Shown: piece after piece, positions 48,001 through 61,850 of the stretch
Layout: every line of letters starts with the position of its first letter
Position numbering within the stretch: the stretch's first letter is position 1
Assembly (NCBI RefSeq): GCF_030684315.1
Contig: NC_081396.1
Location: forward strand, 3,038,001-3,102,000
Origin: Stegostoma tigrinum
Taxonomy: Eukaryota
Reading direction: 5' to 3'
DNA length: 64,000 nucleotides
Notes under the pieces: generated by a model
Databases searched by the model: none
The model's input: the letters and a program-made list of their open reading frames with translations, nothing else
What the model was told of the DNA's origin: nothing
Translations under genes and position numbers: made by a program

Positions 48001-50700
48001 GTGTTGTGTTGCAGCTAGGTAAATTTTATTTCCAGAAATTATCATGTTTGGAATTATTATGTCTAGTCAGAATCAACTTTCAAGCACTGTTTTGTCTCAT
48101 GAGTGAATCTTTAATTCCGAATGATGAGAGTGATTCATTGTTGTTATCCAAATGATTGGGATATTGGAATGTTGAATTTGAAACTCCCTATGTGCAAGGA
48201 GTTTAGGAAAGGGAAATTTAACAAAGGTGGGCTTTTCCTTCCTTCAAGAAGGGGGAGAGATGGATGAAATAGTTATGTTTAGGGGTTTTCGCCCAACTAC
48301 GTTTGAATCCATAGTAGATTAATACAAATTAACCTATTCGTCATGGAATGGATGGAGTTTTATTTTAGAAATTGGAGACACTGAAACCTTTGCACAATTT
48401 TAACGTTGCAACACAGTGATGACTGAGATACTTTCGATCCATCAAGCAATTCATCGATGACACATTTCAGTCCTCGGAAGTACTGTGTAAATATCAATTG
48501 CAGTGAGTGTCAGGAATCTTGAAGCCATTGAATATGCTGAAGCATATCATGACAAACACTGTGTTAAGACTCGCATGGCCCAGTTAACTAAATCATTCAA
48601 ATTGAATAGTTACTTGAAAATTTAAAGGGATTCTGGAAAATGGCAAAGTGCACACACGCACAGTCTCAATGGTTCAATACCGAACAAATCATTAGCAATT
48701 TCAAGGGAGTAAAAAGAATTTTGAAGTTGGACAAATTTACACAGAGATATAGCAAATATCTAGAATGACTTATCAAGTACAATTATCTTCCAAGATGTGC
48801 CATCTAAGACAAGGGACAAATTATGTTGTGCCTGAACTTCTCTTTTAAAATATTACAAGATTATGTTCAATGGACTACAAATCACTGCAGATTTCTGGAA
48901 TCAGATATGGTGGTAATAGGTAACTTGTAAAATTGGATGAAACGAAATAATTAAGGATGGAGGCTGGTGGCAGAAGAAAAGAAAAATGGATTAATGGGTT
49001 GAGATGGCAATTAAGGTTTAAATGTATTTTAGTGAAAATGAAGTTTCGATGAGAGTACCAGGCTGACAGTTTTCTCTTGGTGATGTTTATGCCCCCGCCT
49101 TCTTTAAAGCAAGATTGAGTTGGTGATCAAGCCACTACCCAAAGCATCGTGACCACACATGCAGTGACAAATAAACTTCATAGATCATTTGGTCAGATCA
49201 AGTGGGCGTCAAGAATGCCTGACTTGGTCTTGGGACACCAATGTAAGTGCGCAAAAATGAATATAACCTCAGAGGTGACAAACATGAGACAGTACAAAAA
49301 GCAATCACTGAAAAACGAGTACACCTACATGACAAAAAGATAAGTGTGGCTTGGAAGAGCACAAAAACGTGAACGTTAAGACGCTGACATAAAATCCATA
49401 GAGAAACTGACTTTAAAACCGTAAACAGTATTAGTGAAAGGAATGTAAACCGAATTACAATCAAAATAAAAATCGCGTTTGGCTATTATGTCAAAACGTA
49501 ACGGAAATGAGAGAGAATGGATTCTGGGAGGAGGCGTAGTGGGCAGAGTGAAAGGACACATTGGATGACATACAGATATCCCATCTTGAGCATTTGTATG
49601 ACTAAACCAAGAGGTGAAATTATAATATGTTGGGGCAGTTAGTGCGTGTGAAAAAAGGCTGAGGCTAAGTGATGTAGGAGCCCGTGGATAGGGAATTGAG
49701 AAAAAAAACGCTAATTAAGGAACACGAATCTGAAATTTACTGAATTTTAGAGCAAATTTCAGAAATAGATTAACTGAAGTAGAATGTAGACGATATTCTG
49801 GTTACCTCAATCAGATGGCATGACGAGCTGCTTCCAATTATTGCCTTGACTGACATTAGGGGTGGTGTGTGTCTAGAAGGGTCAGTCCTCAAAAGCCATT
49901 GTGATAATTAATTTGATGAAATACCTATTGTTGCATTATTTGTACTGATGTTAGTTATTTGCTTCTAGTGTAGGTTACATACACTTATTATGTTTTTTTT
50001 TGCCTGGCTGTCGCTGATTTGTGTCTGCAATTGCAATTGTGACATGTGCTGTCAAATACCATCAGGGGAGGATTGTATAGGGGCAGATGGGCCAAATGTT
50101 AATGGTGCTATTCGACAGCTACATGAGAAAACAGATTGAATAGGATGGGAAAATAGACCTGGAAGGTCCAGAATAATGCCGAAGAAATTCCATGACCCTT
50201 TATGATTCCTGTGAGCATTCCTTGATGAGCCGAAGATGTCATGTGCACTCGGTTTCCCATCCTGTGTACCAGCCAGTAATTTTTTTTTCTTCTATCTACT
50301 TTCTTTATGCTGGCTGGTTGTCACGCTATATAAAAGAGAGAGAGAGTTTTGTTTCAATCTGCTGCTGCTGCTGCTGCTATTGTTCCTGCTACCGAACTTT
50401 GCTTCAGCTAGGAATCATGAACTGCACTGGGCATGAACCGACGCCTCCAGACCAGACATCCGTCGAGGAGTCCCCTACAGCAGAAGAAAATGAAACTTGT
50501 TGCTTTTTCTAGAAGGGCGTGAACACTTGTTCGTTTTCCCCTCTTTTGTATTCCACTTATTATTGCCACTGTAATCATGTATTATTGCCATTAGAATAAT
50601 TTATTATTATTTTAATAAACATTTGCATTGAAGATTTTTTTTTCTTAGTTGCTTTCAGGGTAGTCAGCATTAGCTTTGGACTCCATGAAGTCTCACGGCT
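45033..50700 (+). mobile_element. Ancient endogenous retrovirus relic: 5' LTR ~45033-45774, PBS 45779-45795, gag remnants, PPT 50064-50072, 3' LTR ~50074-50700
   Basis: Diverged direct repeats both starting TGTATA and sharing gttaatg..tattc.acag..catgagaaaa.agattg, (ctg)n, gaggagtcccc and acttgttgctttttctagaa. PBS TGGCGACAGTATGGGAT; PPT aggggagga just before the second TG. Confidence 0.8.
45287..45441. other. Assembly gap (inside 5' LTR)
   Basis: Run of N. Confidence 1.
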
Positions 50701-50759
50701 ATAGGTTAAACATGGGCATGGAAAATTCCTACTGATTACCGCATACCATGCCCCTTAGT

Positions 50760-53180
50760 TAATGAATCGATACTCCTCGATGTTGAAAATCACTCAGAGG
50801 GACAGTGAGGATGGCAAAGGCAAAACAAAACAAAACAAATCTCTCGATGAGGAATTTCAATGTCCACCACAAAGAGTGGTTTGGCAGCAGTACTAAAGAT
50901 CGAGCTGATTGGGCTCTAAAGGACATAGCTGCTGGACTAGGCTTGTGAAAGGTGGTGAGCGAACCAGCTAGAGGGAAACATATGCCTGACCTCATCCTTA
51001 CCAATCTGCCAGTTGCAAATACATCTGTTCAAGGCAGTATCGTCAAGAATAACCACTTAAACAGTCCTTGTGGAGATTAAGGCCCGCCTTCACATGTAGG
51101 ATAACCTCTATTGTTTTGATGGGCAGTACCACCAGGCTAAATGAGATGGAACTCGATCATATCTAACAATTCGAGGCTTCTGTAATGATCTGTGTACATA
51201 ACAAGTAGTCTAATTGCCATTCCAGCACAATCTGTAACATCATGTCCCGGCATATATCTTACACAATCATTACCATCAAGCCTGGAGCTCTAACCTAGTT
51301 CAATGAAGAGTGCAGGATGCCATACCAGGAGCAGTACCAGGCATGCCTGAAAATGAGGCTGTAACCTGATGAGGCCACCAAACCGGACTTTTTGCATGCC
51401 AAACAGCATAAGCAGCAAGTGGTAGACAGAACTAAGTGATCCCACAAACAATGGAACCGATCTAAGCTCTGCAGTCCTATCACATTGAATCACAAATGCT
51501 GGTGGACAATTAAAAAACTCACTGGAGTAGGAGGTTCCACAAATGTCCCCATTCTCAATGATGGAAGAGCCCAGCACATCAGCGCAAAAGATAAGGCTGA
51601 AGCTTTCACAGCCTGAAGTGCTGAGTGGATGATCCATTTCAGCCTCCTCCCATGGACCCCAGCATTACAGATGCCAATCGTCAGCCAATTCGATTCACTC
51701 TACGTGTTGTCAAGAAAGGTTTGGAGACACTGGATCTTGCAAAGGCTACAAACCCTTCCAACAATAGAACTGAAGACTTGTGCTCCATAACTTGTCGCTC
51801 CCCTTGCTAAGCTGTTCCAGTACAGTTACAATATGAGTATCTACCAAACAACTTGGTAAATTGCCCAAGTATGTCACCTGAACTAAATAAAAGGGCAATC
51901 GATCAGCAGTAAAGTGATGGAAGGTAAGATCAAGTGTGCTGTCAAACAGCCCTTGCTCAGCAACAACCTGCTCAGTGATGCCCAGTTTGAGTTCTACCAG
52001 GGCCACGCAGTTCCTGACCTCACTACAGCCTTGGCTCAAACATGGACAAAGGAGCTGAATTCCAGAGGTGAGGGGCGAGTGGTAGACCTTGATATCAAGG
52101 CTGCATTCGACTGAATGTGGTATCAAGGAGCCCTGGCAAAACTGGAATCAATGGGTATTAGCGAGAAAACTCTCCGGTGGTTGGAGTCATGCCTAAATGT
52201 GAGTGTTGCGGGTCAGTAATCTCAGTTCCAGGACATCTCTGCAGGAGTTCCTCAGGAAAGCATTTTTGGCCTGACCATCTTTAACTGCTTCATCAATGAC
52301 CGTCCCTCCATCAAAAAGATAGAAGTGGGGATGTTCACCGATGATTGCACAATGTTCAGCACCATTCACGACTCCTCAGACACTAATGTAGAGCATGTTC
52401 AAATGCAATTTCGTTTGGGCTGACAAGTAGTAAGTAACATTCGTGCCACACAAATGTCAGGCTATGATCGTCACAAATAAGAGAAAATCTAACCATCCTC
52501 CCTTTGCATTCAATGGTGTTACCATCAAAAAATCTCACAAGAATCTCCCACTATCAACAGCCTGGGGCTTACCATCGACCAGAAACTCGACTGAGATCAC
52601 CACATAAACACAATAGATGCAAGAGCAGGTGAGAAGTTAGGAATGCTGTGGCGAGTAATGCATCTCCTGACTCCTCAAGGCTGTCCACCATCTACGAGGC
52701 ACAAGTCAGGACTGTGATGTAATACTCCCCATTTGGCTAGACGAGTTCATCTCCAACAATACTCAAGAAGCTTGACACTATCCAGAATAAAGCAGCCCGC
52801 TTGATTGACATTAAATCCACAAGCTTCCAACTGTTCACCAATGAAGCTCCATAGCAGCAGTGTGTACTCTCCATATGGTGTACTGCAAAAACTCACCAAA
52901 GATCCTCAGCAGCACTTTTCAATCCCGTGACTACTTCCATCAAGAAGGACAAGGGCAGCAGACATATGGGAACAGCATCGCCGTCAAGTTCCCCTCGAAG
53001 GCATTCACCAGCCTGTCTTGGAAACGTATAACCGTTCCTTCACCGCCGCTGGTCAAAATCCTGGAACTCCCTCCCTCATGGAATTATGTGTCAACCTAAG
53101 TAGGTGGACAGCAGTGGTTCTAAATAGCAACCTACCATCACCTTCTCAATTGCAACTAGATCGGTTGGTAAATGTTGACA
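50760..53180 (+). mobile_element. Degenerate APE-RT LINE (CR1/L2-superfamily, second family)
   Basis: NFNVHHKEW, DLILTN, LDIKAAFD, AGVPQ, FTDD motifs with many stops and frameshifts. Confidence 0.8.
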
Positions 53181-53539
53181 AGTCAAAGGTACTGTTTCCT
53201 TAACAACGAATCTAAGAAAGTAAGTAACAAATGACACAGGAATCGAAAACAATCTCTTCAAGGTTCTTACCAGTAGCTTGCAATTTTTACAGACACGAAA
53301 GAGCCATTGCAAGTAAATTGGGGAAATCAATGTTTAAATCTTCTGCTTGAAGCAAATTGTAACTAAAACAAAGATGAAATGTCAGCGTCTCAAATTTTAA
53401 TAACACTTGAAACTTTGTTCAAAGTAAGAATTTTTAAGTAGTTATGGTTTCTGAAAGAATTCACATAACAATCAATCTTGAGAACAAGCTCTTTCAAACA
53501 GAGAGGACTTGGAAAGCGTGAAACTATGTCATCTTGTCA

Positions 53540-53822
53540 GAATGGAGTAAAGTCCCAACAGGGTGAAAAAGGCTATTTGGCCCAACGAGAACACACCAAC
53601 CCATCCCTCTATTTCCCCTTGGCTAACGCACCCAACCTACACATCCATGGACGCTGTGAGCAATTTTGCACGGCTGATCCACCTAAAATGCACATCGTTG
53701 GACAGGGCAAGGAAACTGGAGCACCCAGAATAAAAAAAATGGAGACAGTGACTCGAGGTTGGGTTCAAATCTGGGGACCTAGCGCTGTGAGAGAGCCATG
53801 CTGACCACTGAGAACACCGTAC
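53540..53822 (-). mobile_element. Degenerate HE1-like SINE
   Basis: Reverse-complement A/B boxes and V-domain remnants. Confidence 0.6.
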
Positions 53823-54197
53823 GGCCCTCATGGCTTTGGGTTTGAATTCAATGAGGGTCAGAGTGGATAAAGAAACGGAGCTCTCTCCATTTATTGATTC
53901 TGTTTATCTGACACACCGGCACAACTGTCTGTACAAAAATAATGTTGCCCTCTTTGTCTAGAATATCAAAATCTCGGAAATAGATCAAACAGAATGTACC
54001 GGGATGGGGACATGATGGATAACGAATCTGAAACTGCTCAAGTGAAAGAGAGTAAGAAAAATGTAAATATCAAAACATGAGAATGTGGCATCTCTGCGTT
54101 CTACACTTTATAGAATCGAATGGGCTGAGTGCATAGCCCAGAAACTCGCCCAACGACGTCTTGGAATCGGACCTTTAAACAGACCTCGACAGATGGA

Positions 54198-54420
54198 AAT
54201 AATGGGAACTGCAGATGCTGGAGAATTCCAAGATAATAAAATGTGAGGCTGGATGAACACAGCAGGCCAAACAGCATCTCAGGAGCACAAAAGCTGACGT
54301 TTCGGGCCTGGACCCTTCATCAGAGAGGTCTGATGAAGGGTCCAGGCCCGAAACGTCAGCTTTTGTGCTCCTGAGATGCTGCTTGGCCTGCTGTGTTCAT
54401 CCAGCCTCACATTTTATTAT
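54198..54420. mobile_element. Fold-back Penelope-tail insertion: 94-bp inverted arms, 4-nt loop, two intact hammerhead cores
   Basis: Arms 54231-54324 and 54329-54422; perfect 13-bp TSD ctcgacagatgga (54185-54197, 54421-54433). Confidence 0.92.
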
Positions 54421-56029
54421 CTCGACAGATGGAGTTGTATTTGTCACTTCAATGTGACCTTATGACTACGCAAGTACTCTCTGTCTAGACATAGGCCACC
54501 ATGGCAGGTGTTTCCTCCAGTCTTTCCCCTAGATTTATTTTCTGATCAGAAGTGAGATTTGTGGCTTGCTGTCTGCACAAAGAAACAGGAAGTTGTGAGT
54601 TAGCTGAGAATGATGCAACAGGCGTCACTTTCGTGTTATCAGCGCAAATGGTCTTCCTGCCCGCGAGGCTGAACGCGCTCTGACAGCCTCAAGAACAAAT
54701 GCACAGATTGGTTTCAATGCTGTATTTCATTCAATTCTCTTTTGAAATATTTAAGAAATATTTAAGCTATGCTCCGTTAACTGTGAGTGAGATAAGCTGA
54801 TTGTTACCTCTGGAAGAAAGGAGCAAAACGATATCTCTGTTTAAAAATAGAAAACGTCAGGGAAGTTAGGCGCTGTCTCAGGCAAAAAAAAACACAAGGA
54901 GAAGTTGCATCAGTGACAGGGCTTTGTGTCATTGAATTTCCTTTTGGTAACTTTTGCTGTTAGATTTATTTCCATTCATGTAAGTTATCAAGAAGAAGTT
55001 TTACATTATGCCGCTTTTCAGTTATCACATGCAGTCCTTGCCTTTTTGAGTAAGTGTATTCGATAAATTTCTGAAAGAAGGAGACGCGGCTAAGCAGTTT
55101 ACTGGATCTGCTACCATGCTACCAGGTTGTATTAGGCAACGACCGCAGGCAGCAGCGATCACCCTTTGAAGACAAAAGTAAGAATGTTTACTCGCTTGTG
55201 GTCTTTGAAACTTTCTTGATCCTAAATCATTGAAGCAGAATTTCTTATTTTTTTAAGGCAGTGGCAGATAGATTCTTGCTAAACAAGGGAATGAGCGAGT
55301 ATTGGATGTCGGCAGGGATGCAGACGAAATGGCTGGGCAGGGCCATGGGTCGAATAGTTGGGGTTTCTCGTATTTATGTGTATTTGTTTACATTAGTAAC
55401 CAGCTATTCATCTAGCACTCTCGTTCTCTATCTCTATCTACCTTGTACATTGCAGTTAACTGAATCAATGACCATTATGTTAATAAATGAAAGAGAATCT
55501 GGAAGATAAATTGTGATAAAAGGTGAAGCACAGATAATGTCACTCACAAATGAGCTATGCTTAGCACGGCAAAACATGAGATGAAGTCACATATAATATC
55601 AGGTTTAGACTTTCTGGGGCGAAGCAACAAATCAAGAATTGCGACTTCTCCAAATAACAGTGGGATAGCCGGTGCGTTCAGAAATTCAACAGCATTTAAC
55701 AAGAAAATTCCATGGGACGTAGATGTCGCTGGCAACGCTAGCATTTATGAAACACCCCTAACTCTCGTTGAGTTGAGTGGCGAGCTGGGTCATTCCAGAA
55801 AGCAGCTGAGAGTAAATAACTTTATAAGCGATTTCTGGGAGTGTTCTCTAGACATGGAGGGGTAGAAAGGCAGAAATCTGGCACATTTCAGCAAAGCTTT
55901 AAAACAATAGCGCAGTATTGGTAATAGACTTCATCTTCTCCATTGTTAACTGGCATAATATGAAGTGCCAAAAGGGGGCTGAATTTTTAAAACGTCCCCA
56001 GGAGAGGTTTCTTTCTTTAAAGCCAAAAT

Positions 56030-57600
56030 TTAGAAATTGCTCGAAAGTCCTGCCATTCTGGATCTCATTTTAGGAAAAGCAATGCTCAGCAAGTCTTCAT
56101 TTGGAGAGAATTTTGGTGATAGTGAATGAAACTCTGTAAGATATTACCTATGAATGGAAAATGACAATGATCGATGATAAATAAAGGTTTTGAACTGCGC
56201 CAAGGCCGATTCTATTCTGATAAGACTTAACTTGGCCAAAATGGTTTGGGAGCGACTATAAATAGGAAAACTTACATCGAAGTACTGGTAGATTCTATAA
56301 TGTGAAAAAAAAAAGAATTTGTACTGGCAAAATATTCCTTAAAGGTGAAGACCAGAAGCAAGAATGACAAAGATTACCTAAGGAGGAACGTAAAGGGTTG
56401 AATAAAAGGAAGAATCCAAATTTATGGGAGGCCACGAGGACTCAGTATTGCAGAAGACCTAGAAAAATATAGGAACTGCAGGGAGTTGCTTAAAAATGAA
56501 TTATGAAAGTCAGGAACGGGGAGGGGATTTTAAAGTAATTGGTCCAATAGGGGAAAAATCAAAGGGAGTACATATGGAGTTCATGAGGAAAAGTTTAGGA
56601 CTGACAGCGAAACTAACTGGACAACTGTGGTGAAGCCGGAAGACCTTAGTTCAACATTGGCAGTGTACTTTACAGCTCTAGTCAAGAAAAAGAACGATAT
56701 AGAGATGTGAAATAGGTAAGACATCTGTGGCATTTTCAGAGTTTTCTTTAGAGCTGGAAGAAGTATTTGCGGTTTTAGCAGGCATAAAATTGCAAGTCCC
56801 AGTATCCTGGGCAAGCAGTAGATTGTATGGGCCCGTATATTAATATTCAAATTTCCCATGTACAGCTGGTAAATGCCAGAGCATCATGTTCGACTAGCAT
56901 GAAGATTCAACAATTATTCAAATATTGTTGTCAGGATCATTCAGGGAACTATATTATTGGCTGTTGAGTCTAGTAACAGTACAAGGAAAAGTAAAGGAAA
57001 AAAGAAATCTGAGAGACAAGGTTCATTAAAATTTGTAAATGTAAGGTTCAAACAATATCATTTGGCATGGCTTTGGTGGGAGTGACATCGTACCTGTGGT
57101 GCTTGATCTCATCATCCAAGGAAACCATGAGATATGTGGCTGGGGGTGGAAAATGGGTATAATCCGCATTGACATCAACAAGGTTTTTGACAAGATCTTG
57201 CATCTCAAATTGTTCAAGAAAGCATTTCACCTAATAAAAGTTGGGAAATAGTATCCAAAATTTACTTGGTGGTAGAAGGCAGAAAGCAGAAGTTAATGGA
57301 TGGATGTTGGCTTTGAGAAAAAACCCTGTGTTCAATGGCATATTGCAAGATTTTGGCACTGCATCCGTTGCTGTTTGTAGTGTATATGAATAATCTAGCC
57401 ATCAATGTAGGAATTATGATTACTAAAATTACAGGCTTAGCTAAAAACGTGTGGTATTGCAATTATCCAGGAGGAAAGCTTTATACTAAGGTATGGTACA
57501 GGTGGCCTTGTTTGTAGGGCAGAACAATGGAAAATAGATTTGTTTTTTTTGTTTTTTTTCCTGAGACTTGTGAGTGAAGCATTTTCCAGCGTTACAAATT
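56030..57600 (+). mobile_element. Highly decayed CR1 LINE
   Basis: AILDLILG, DINKVFDKILH, GRRQKAEV, LHPLLFVVYMNNL. Confidence 0.6.
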
Positions 57601-57794
57601 CGGGAGCATAAATGATGCATGGTTGGTTCCTACAAAACGCAAATGATAAGCAGTCATTTGCTGTGCATTTCCACTTCATGGGGGAGGTGATTGTCTAGAG
57701 GTATCAAGGTGTAGAGCTGGGTGAGCGCAGCAGGTCAAACAGCATCAGAGGGGCAGGAAAGCTGACGTTTCAGGTCTAGGCCATTCTTCAGAAA

Positions 57795-60700
57795 AAAAGA
57801 GGTATTGTTGCTACAGGTATTATTAATTCAGGAAACTCACGTAATATTCAGGAGCTCCGCATTTGAAGCCCATTGCGCTAAATGGTGGAATTTCAATTTA
57901 AGGACATATTCGGGACTAAGATTCTACTGAAGACTATTAAATCATTATCAATTATCAGAAAATAGCATCAGTAATGTCATTCAGGGAACGAAAAGTGTCA
58001 TGTGCACCTGGTCTGACCTATATGCAACTCTAGGCTCAAAACAATATTCTTGACTCTCAAAAGCCCGAGCAAACCAATCAGCTGCATTAATTGCTGCAAA
58101 ATCTCAGCAACTGATTGAAAGCAGATGGACCAGCTGGCATTGACCAAGGCTCTGGAAGTCACATCGGCAAAGCAATCATGTCGAACATACAATGTCCTCC
58201 TTACAAACATTTGGGGTCTAGTGCCAAACTTGGGAGAGTTTTCTCAAGGACTGGTCAAGAAACTACCTGATAATATATTCGTAGTTTAAAGACAATAACA
58301 CAAACACCACCATCTCTGAAAATGCCATGTTGTACCATCAGAATATAACCACCAGAGGTGGCAACAGTTGCAATGAAATCACCTTCTGAGCCCTCGACAT
58401 TGAGTTTGGCCCCTGAGGTCTCATCACTTCAGATTAAACGTGGCAAGGGAAGCTCCTTCTGATTACTCCATGCCATCTTCCCTTGGCTGCTGAATAAATA
58501 CCCCTACATGTTGAACAACATTCGGGAGAAGTATTAGAGATAGCAAAGATGAAGTATGCATTCTGAGAGCGGTATTTCAATGTCCACCAGTTGGCGCAAC
58601 TAGACAGCAGCACTGCTGATTGAGTTGGTCGGGTTCTCAATGACATAACTGTTAGTTAAACTGGGTTTGTGGCAGCTGATGAGCGATTTAACAAGAGGGA
58701 AAACACATTGTAGAACTCATCCTCGCCAGTCTGTGGGATGCAGATGCATCTGTCCATGACTGCATCAATAAGAGCATTCACAAGACAATCCTTGTGGAGA
58801 TGGAGTCCCACCTTCACATTGAGAACACTCCCCACGGCGTTGTTTGGCACTGTCAGCTTGCTAAATGGGACATATCAATTAACTCAACATAGAACCTAGA
58901 ACATTACGGCACAGTACAGGCCCTTCAGCCCTCGATGTTGTGCCAACCTGTCATACCGATCTCAAGCCCATCTAACCTTCACTATTCCATGTAGGTCCAT
59001 ATGCTTGTCCATAACACCTAGCATTGATGAAGTGTTTTGGCCATCGACATTATCAGAATTACTCTCCAGCACAATGTGCAACCTCATGGTTCTGCATATT
59101 CCCCACTCGACCATTATGATCAAGAGAGGGGGTCAGCCAGATTTACTGCAGAGTGCAGGATGGCATCCCAGGAACAGCACCAGAAAAGAAGTTTAAACTT
59201 GGTGAAGCTAGCACACAGGCCAAACGGCAAAAAACAGCATGTGATATACTGAGCTAAGTGAACTTATAAATAATGGATCAGATCTAACCTCTGCAGTTCT
59301 GTCACACCAAGTCATAAATTAAGGCAGACAATTAAAAAAACTCATTGGAGGTGTAAACTCCACAGATATTCCAATCCTCAAAGGTGGAAGAGCCCAACAC
59401 GTCAACACAAATGTTAAAGCCGAAGCATTTGCAGCAATCATCAGCCAGAAGTGTCAAGTGGATGATACATCTCAGCCTTCTCCAGTGGTCACCAGCATTA
59501 CAGATACCAGTCTTCAGCCAATTCGATTCTCTCCACGTGATATCAAGAAACCGTTGAGGCCACTGGATACTGAAAACGTTTTGGCATCTGAAAAATTCTG
59601 GGGATAGCACAGATAACTTGTGCTCCCGATTTGCCACTCTACTAGCTAAGGACTTCCAGTACACCTACAGCAATGGCATTGACCGTACAACATGGAAAAT
59701 TGACCACAGAGTAAGATAATCCAATCCAGTGAATTGCTGCCTCATCAGCCTGCTCTCAATCATCAGTAAGATGTTGGAAGGTGCCATCAATAGTGCTGGC
59801 TCAGCAATAACCTGCTCAGTGACACACAGTGTGAGTTATGCAAGGGCGACTCAGCTTCTGACCAAATTGCACCCTTTGTTCAAACATGAACAAAGAACTG
59901 AATTACAGGTGCGATGGGAGAGTGATAATCCATTCAACCGAGCGCAGCATCGAGTGAGTCCCAGTAAAACTTGAATCAATGAGTATCAGGTGACAAACTG
60001 TCCGCTGCCTGGAGACATAACTCACACATAAGAAGATAGTTATAGTTGTTGAAGGTCATTCATCTCAACTTCAGAACATCTCTATCGGATTTTAGTTGAC
60101 GCTAGTTCAGTAAATGTTTATAAAGCTAAGGTAGAAATTTTTGAACAGTAAAGAAATTAAGGGATACAGTGAGAGCGTGGGTAAGTGGATCTGTGTCCAC
60201 GAAAAGATCAACCATGATCTTACTGAATGGCAGAGCAAGCTCGAAGGGCTGGAAAGCCTACTCCTGCTCCTAGTTCTTATGGTCTTCTGTTATTTCGTGA
60301 AGGTAGTGTCCTCGGCCCATTAATTTTCAGTTGCTTACTCAAAGACTTCTCTTCTAACATAAGTTCAGATGTGAAATGTGCACCAAAGTTGGCACAATAC
60401 TTGCATCTTTCAAGACTCCCTAGATATGAAGGCAATCTATATTGAAATGCAACAAGATCTGTACAATATCCAAATTTGGGCTGAACAATTAGCAAGTGCC
60501 ATCCACTGCACAAAATTGCTGGACAATGAACATCAGCAGTTAGAGGCAATCTAACTATGCCCCATTGACATTCAATGGTGTCACTGTCACTGAACTCCCC
60601 AAGATCAACATCCTGAGGTTTATTATTGACTCATAACTGAACTGGACATTGCATATATACATATACAGTACTGACAAGAACAGACCAGCAGCTAGGAATA

Positions 60701-61850
60701 CTGCGGCAAGTAGCTCACCCCTGTGACTCCCCATAACCTCCAATTGAGATGTAAATATGATAACACCCCATTGATTTCTATACTTCTATAAATTAAAGTC
60801 TTTTATCTGCCTACACATGGGTATGCAGGCACTGCCCTGAAGCTTCCTGCCCAGCTAGGAATTCGGTGTAAAGCTTTTGTAACTTCTTATCTTCTCACAC
60901 ATCGGTATGCAGACACTGTCTTAAGTTTCCTGACTGAATAAAATTAGAATCAAACTATTTCAAATAGGGTTAGGTGGGGAACATTTGTAAAGTTGTGAGG
61001 CCTCTAAAGCATGTAACTCCTGTCGCTGGCAAAGGGGCCAGGGCACTGACTTTGTTATAACCAGACACACTGGCAACTTGAAATCACAATCTGTCCCGAT
61101 GACAACTTGAAATCGCCTCCTCCCATTGGCAGCTACTTCACTAGCAATCGATACTATATCCTGGTCTTTTATGTTCTTGATGTAATAATTGTTTGGTATC
61201 CTGTCTTTGTCTGTTGTAGTAATTGTTTTATGTATCATGCCATTGTAAATTGTGAAATCGTTTAATGTATCATGTCTTTTGTAAAGTATAAAAATGTGGG
61301 CTGTCCGCTGCTCGGGGAGAATTGCTTGCGAGACTCTGCACTCTGTGCCGGGTTGAGTCCAGTGATTCTCCACAGCTTGTACTTGCTTGGTAATAAAAGG
61401 ATTTGTGTTTTTCTGAACAGGTCAGTGTCTTGTTGTTACATCAAGTCTGTGAGGGTCTCCGAAAATGAACCTGACACTATCAGCTAAAAGGTAGAAGCTA
61501 ACAGTGCAATGACATGCTTCAATACCTGTCTGGATGAATGTGGAGTCAATTACACTCAAAAATCTTGACGTCATCCAGGACAAAGCAGCCTGCTTAAATG
61601 GTAACACATCCACGAGCTTCCAGTGCTTTCAAATCTAACACTGAGTAGCCACTGTACGTGCTGCTGACAAGATATTCTGCAGAAATTTACCAGTATCCTG
61701 AGGACATCATCTTCCTAACCTACTACCACTTCCATCTTGGAATACAATAGAATCGGATACAGAGGAACTGCAAGCTCCCCTCCAAGCCACTCACCATTCT
61801 GACTTGGAAACATATCACTGGTTCTGGAATTATGTTCCTAAGGGCATTTT
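57795..61850 (+). mobile_element. Second decayed copy of the 50.8-53.2 kb LINE family with nested insertions
   Basis: Colinear similarity (ttcaatgtccacca, ggaagagccca.cac.tc, cagccaattcgattc, ttcaatggtg.cac). Confidence 0.7.
60745..61476 (+). mobile_element. Solo LTR (732 bp) inserted in a LINE
   Basis: TG...CA ends; TATAAAA 61287-61293; AATAAA 61392-61397; flanks caat/ctat; the LINE sequence resumes on both sides. Confidence 0.7.

Noticed and set aside
48960-50050. env-like remnants (basic RRK stretch, hydrophobic segment before PPT) in the ERV
   Set aside because: Too degraded to call without a profile search.
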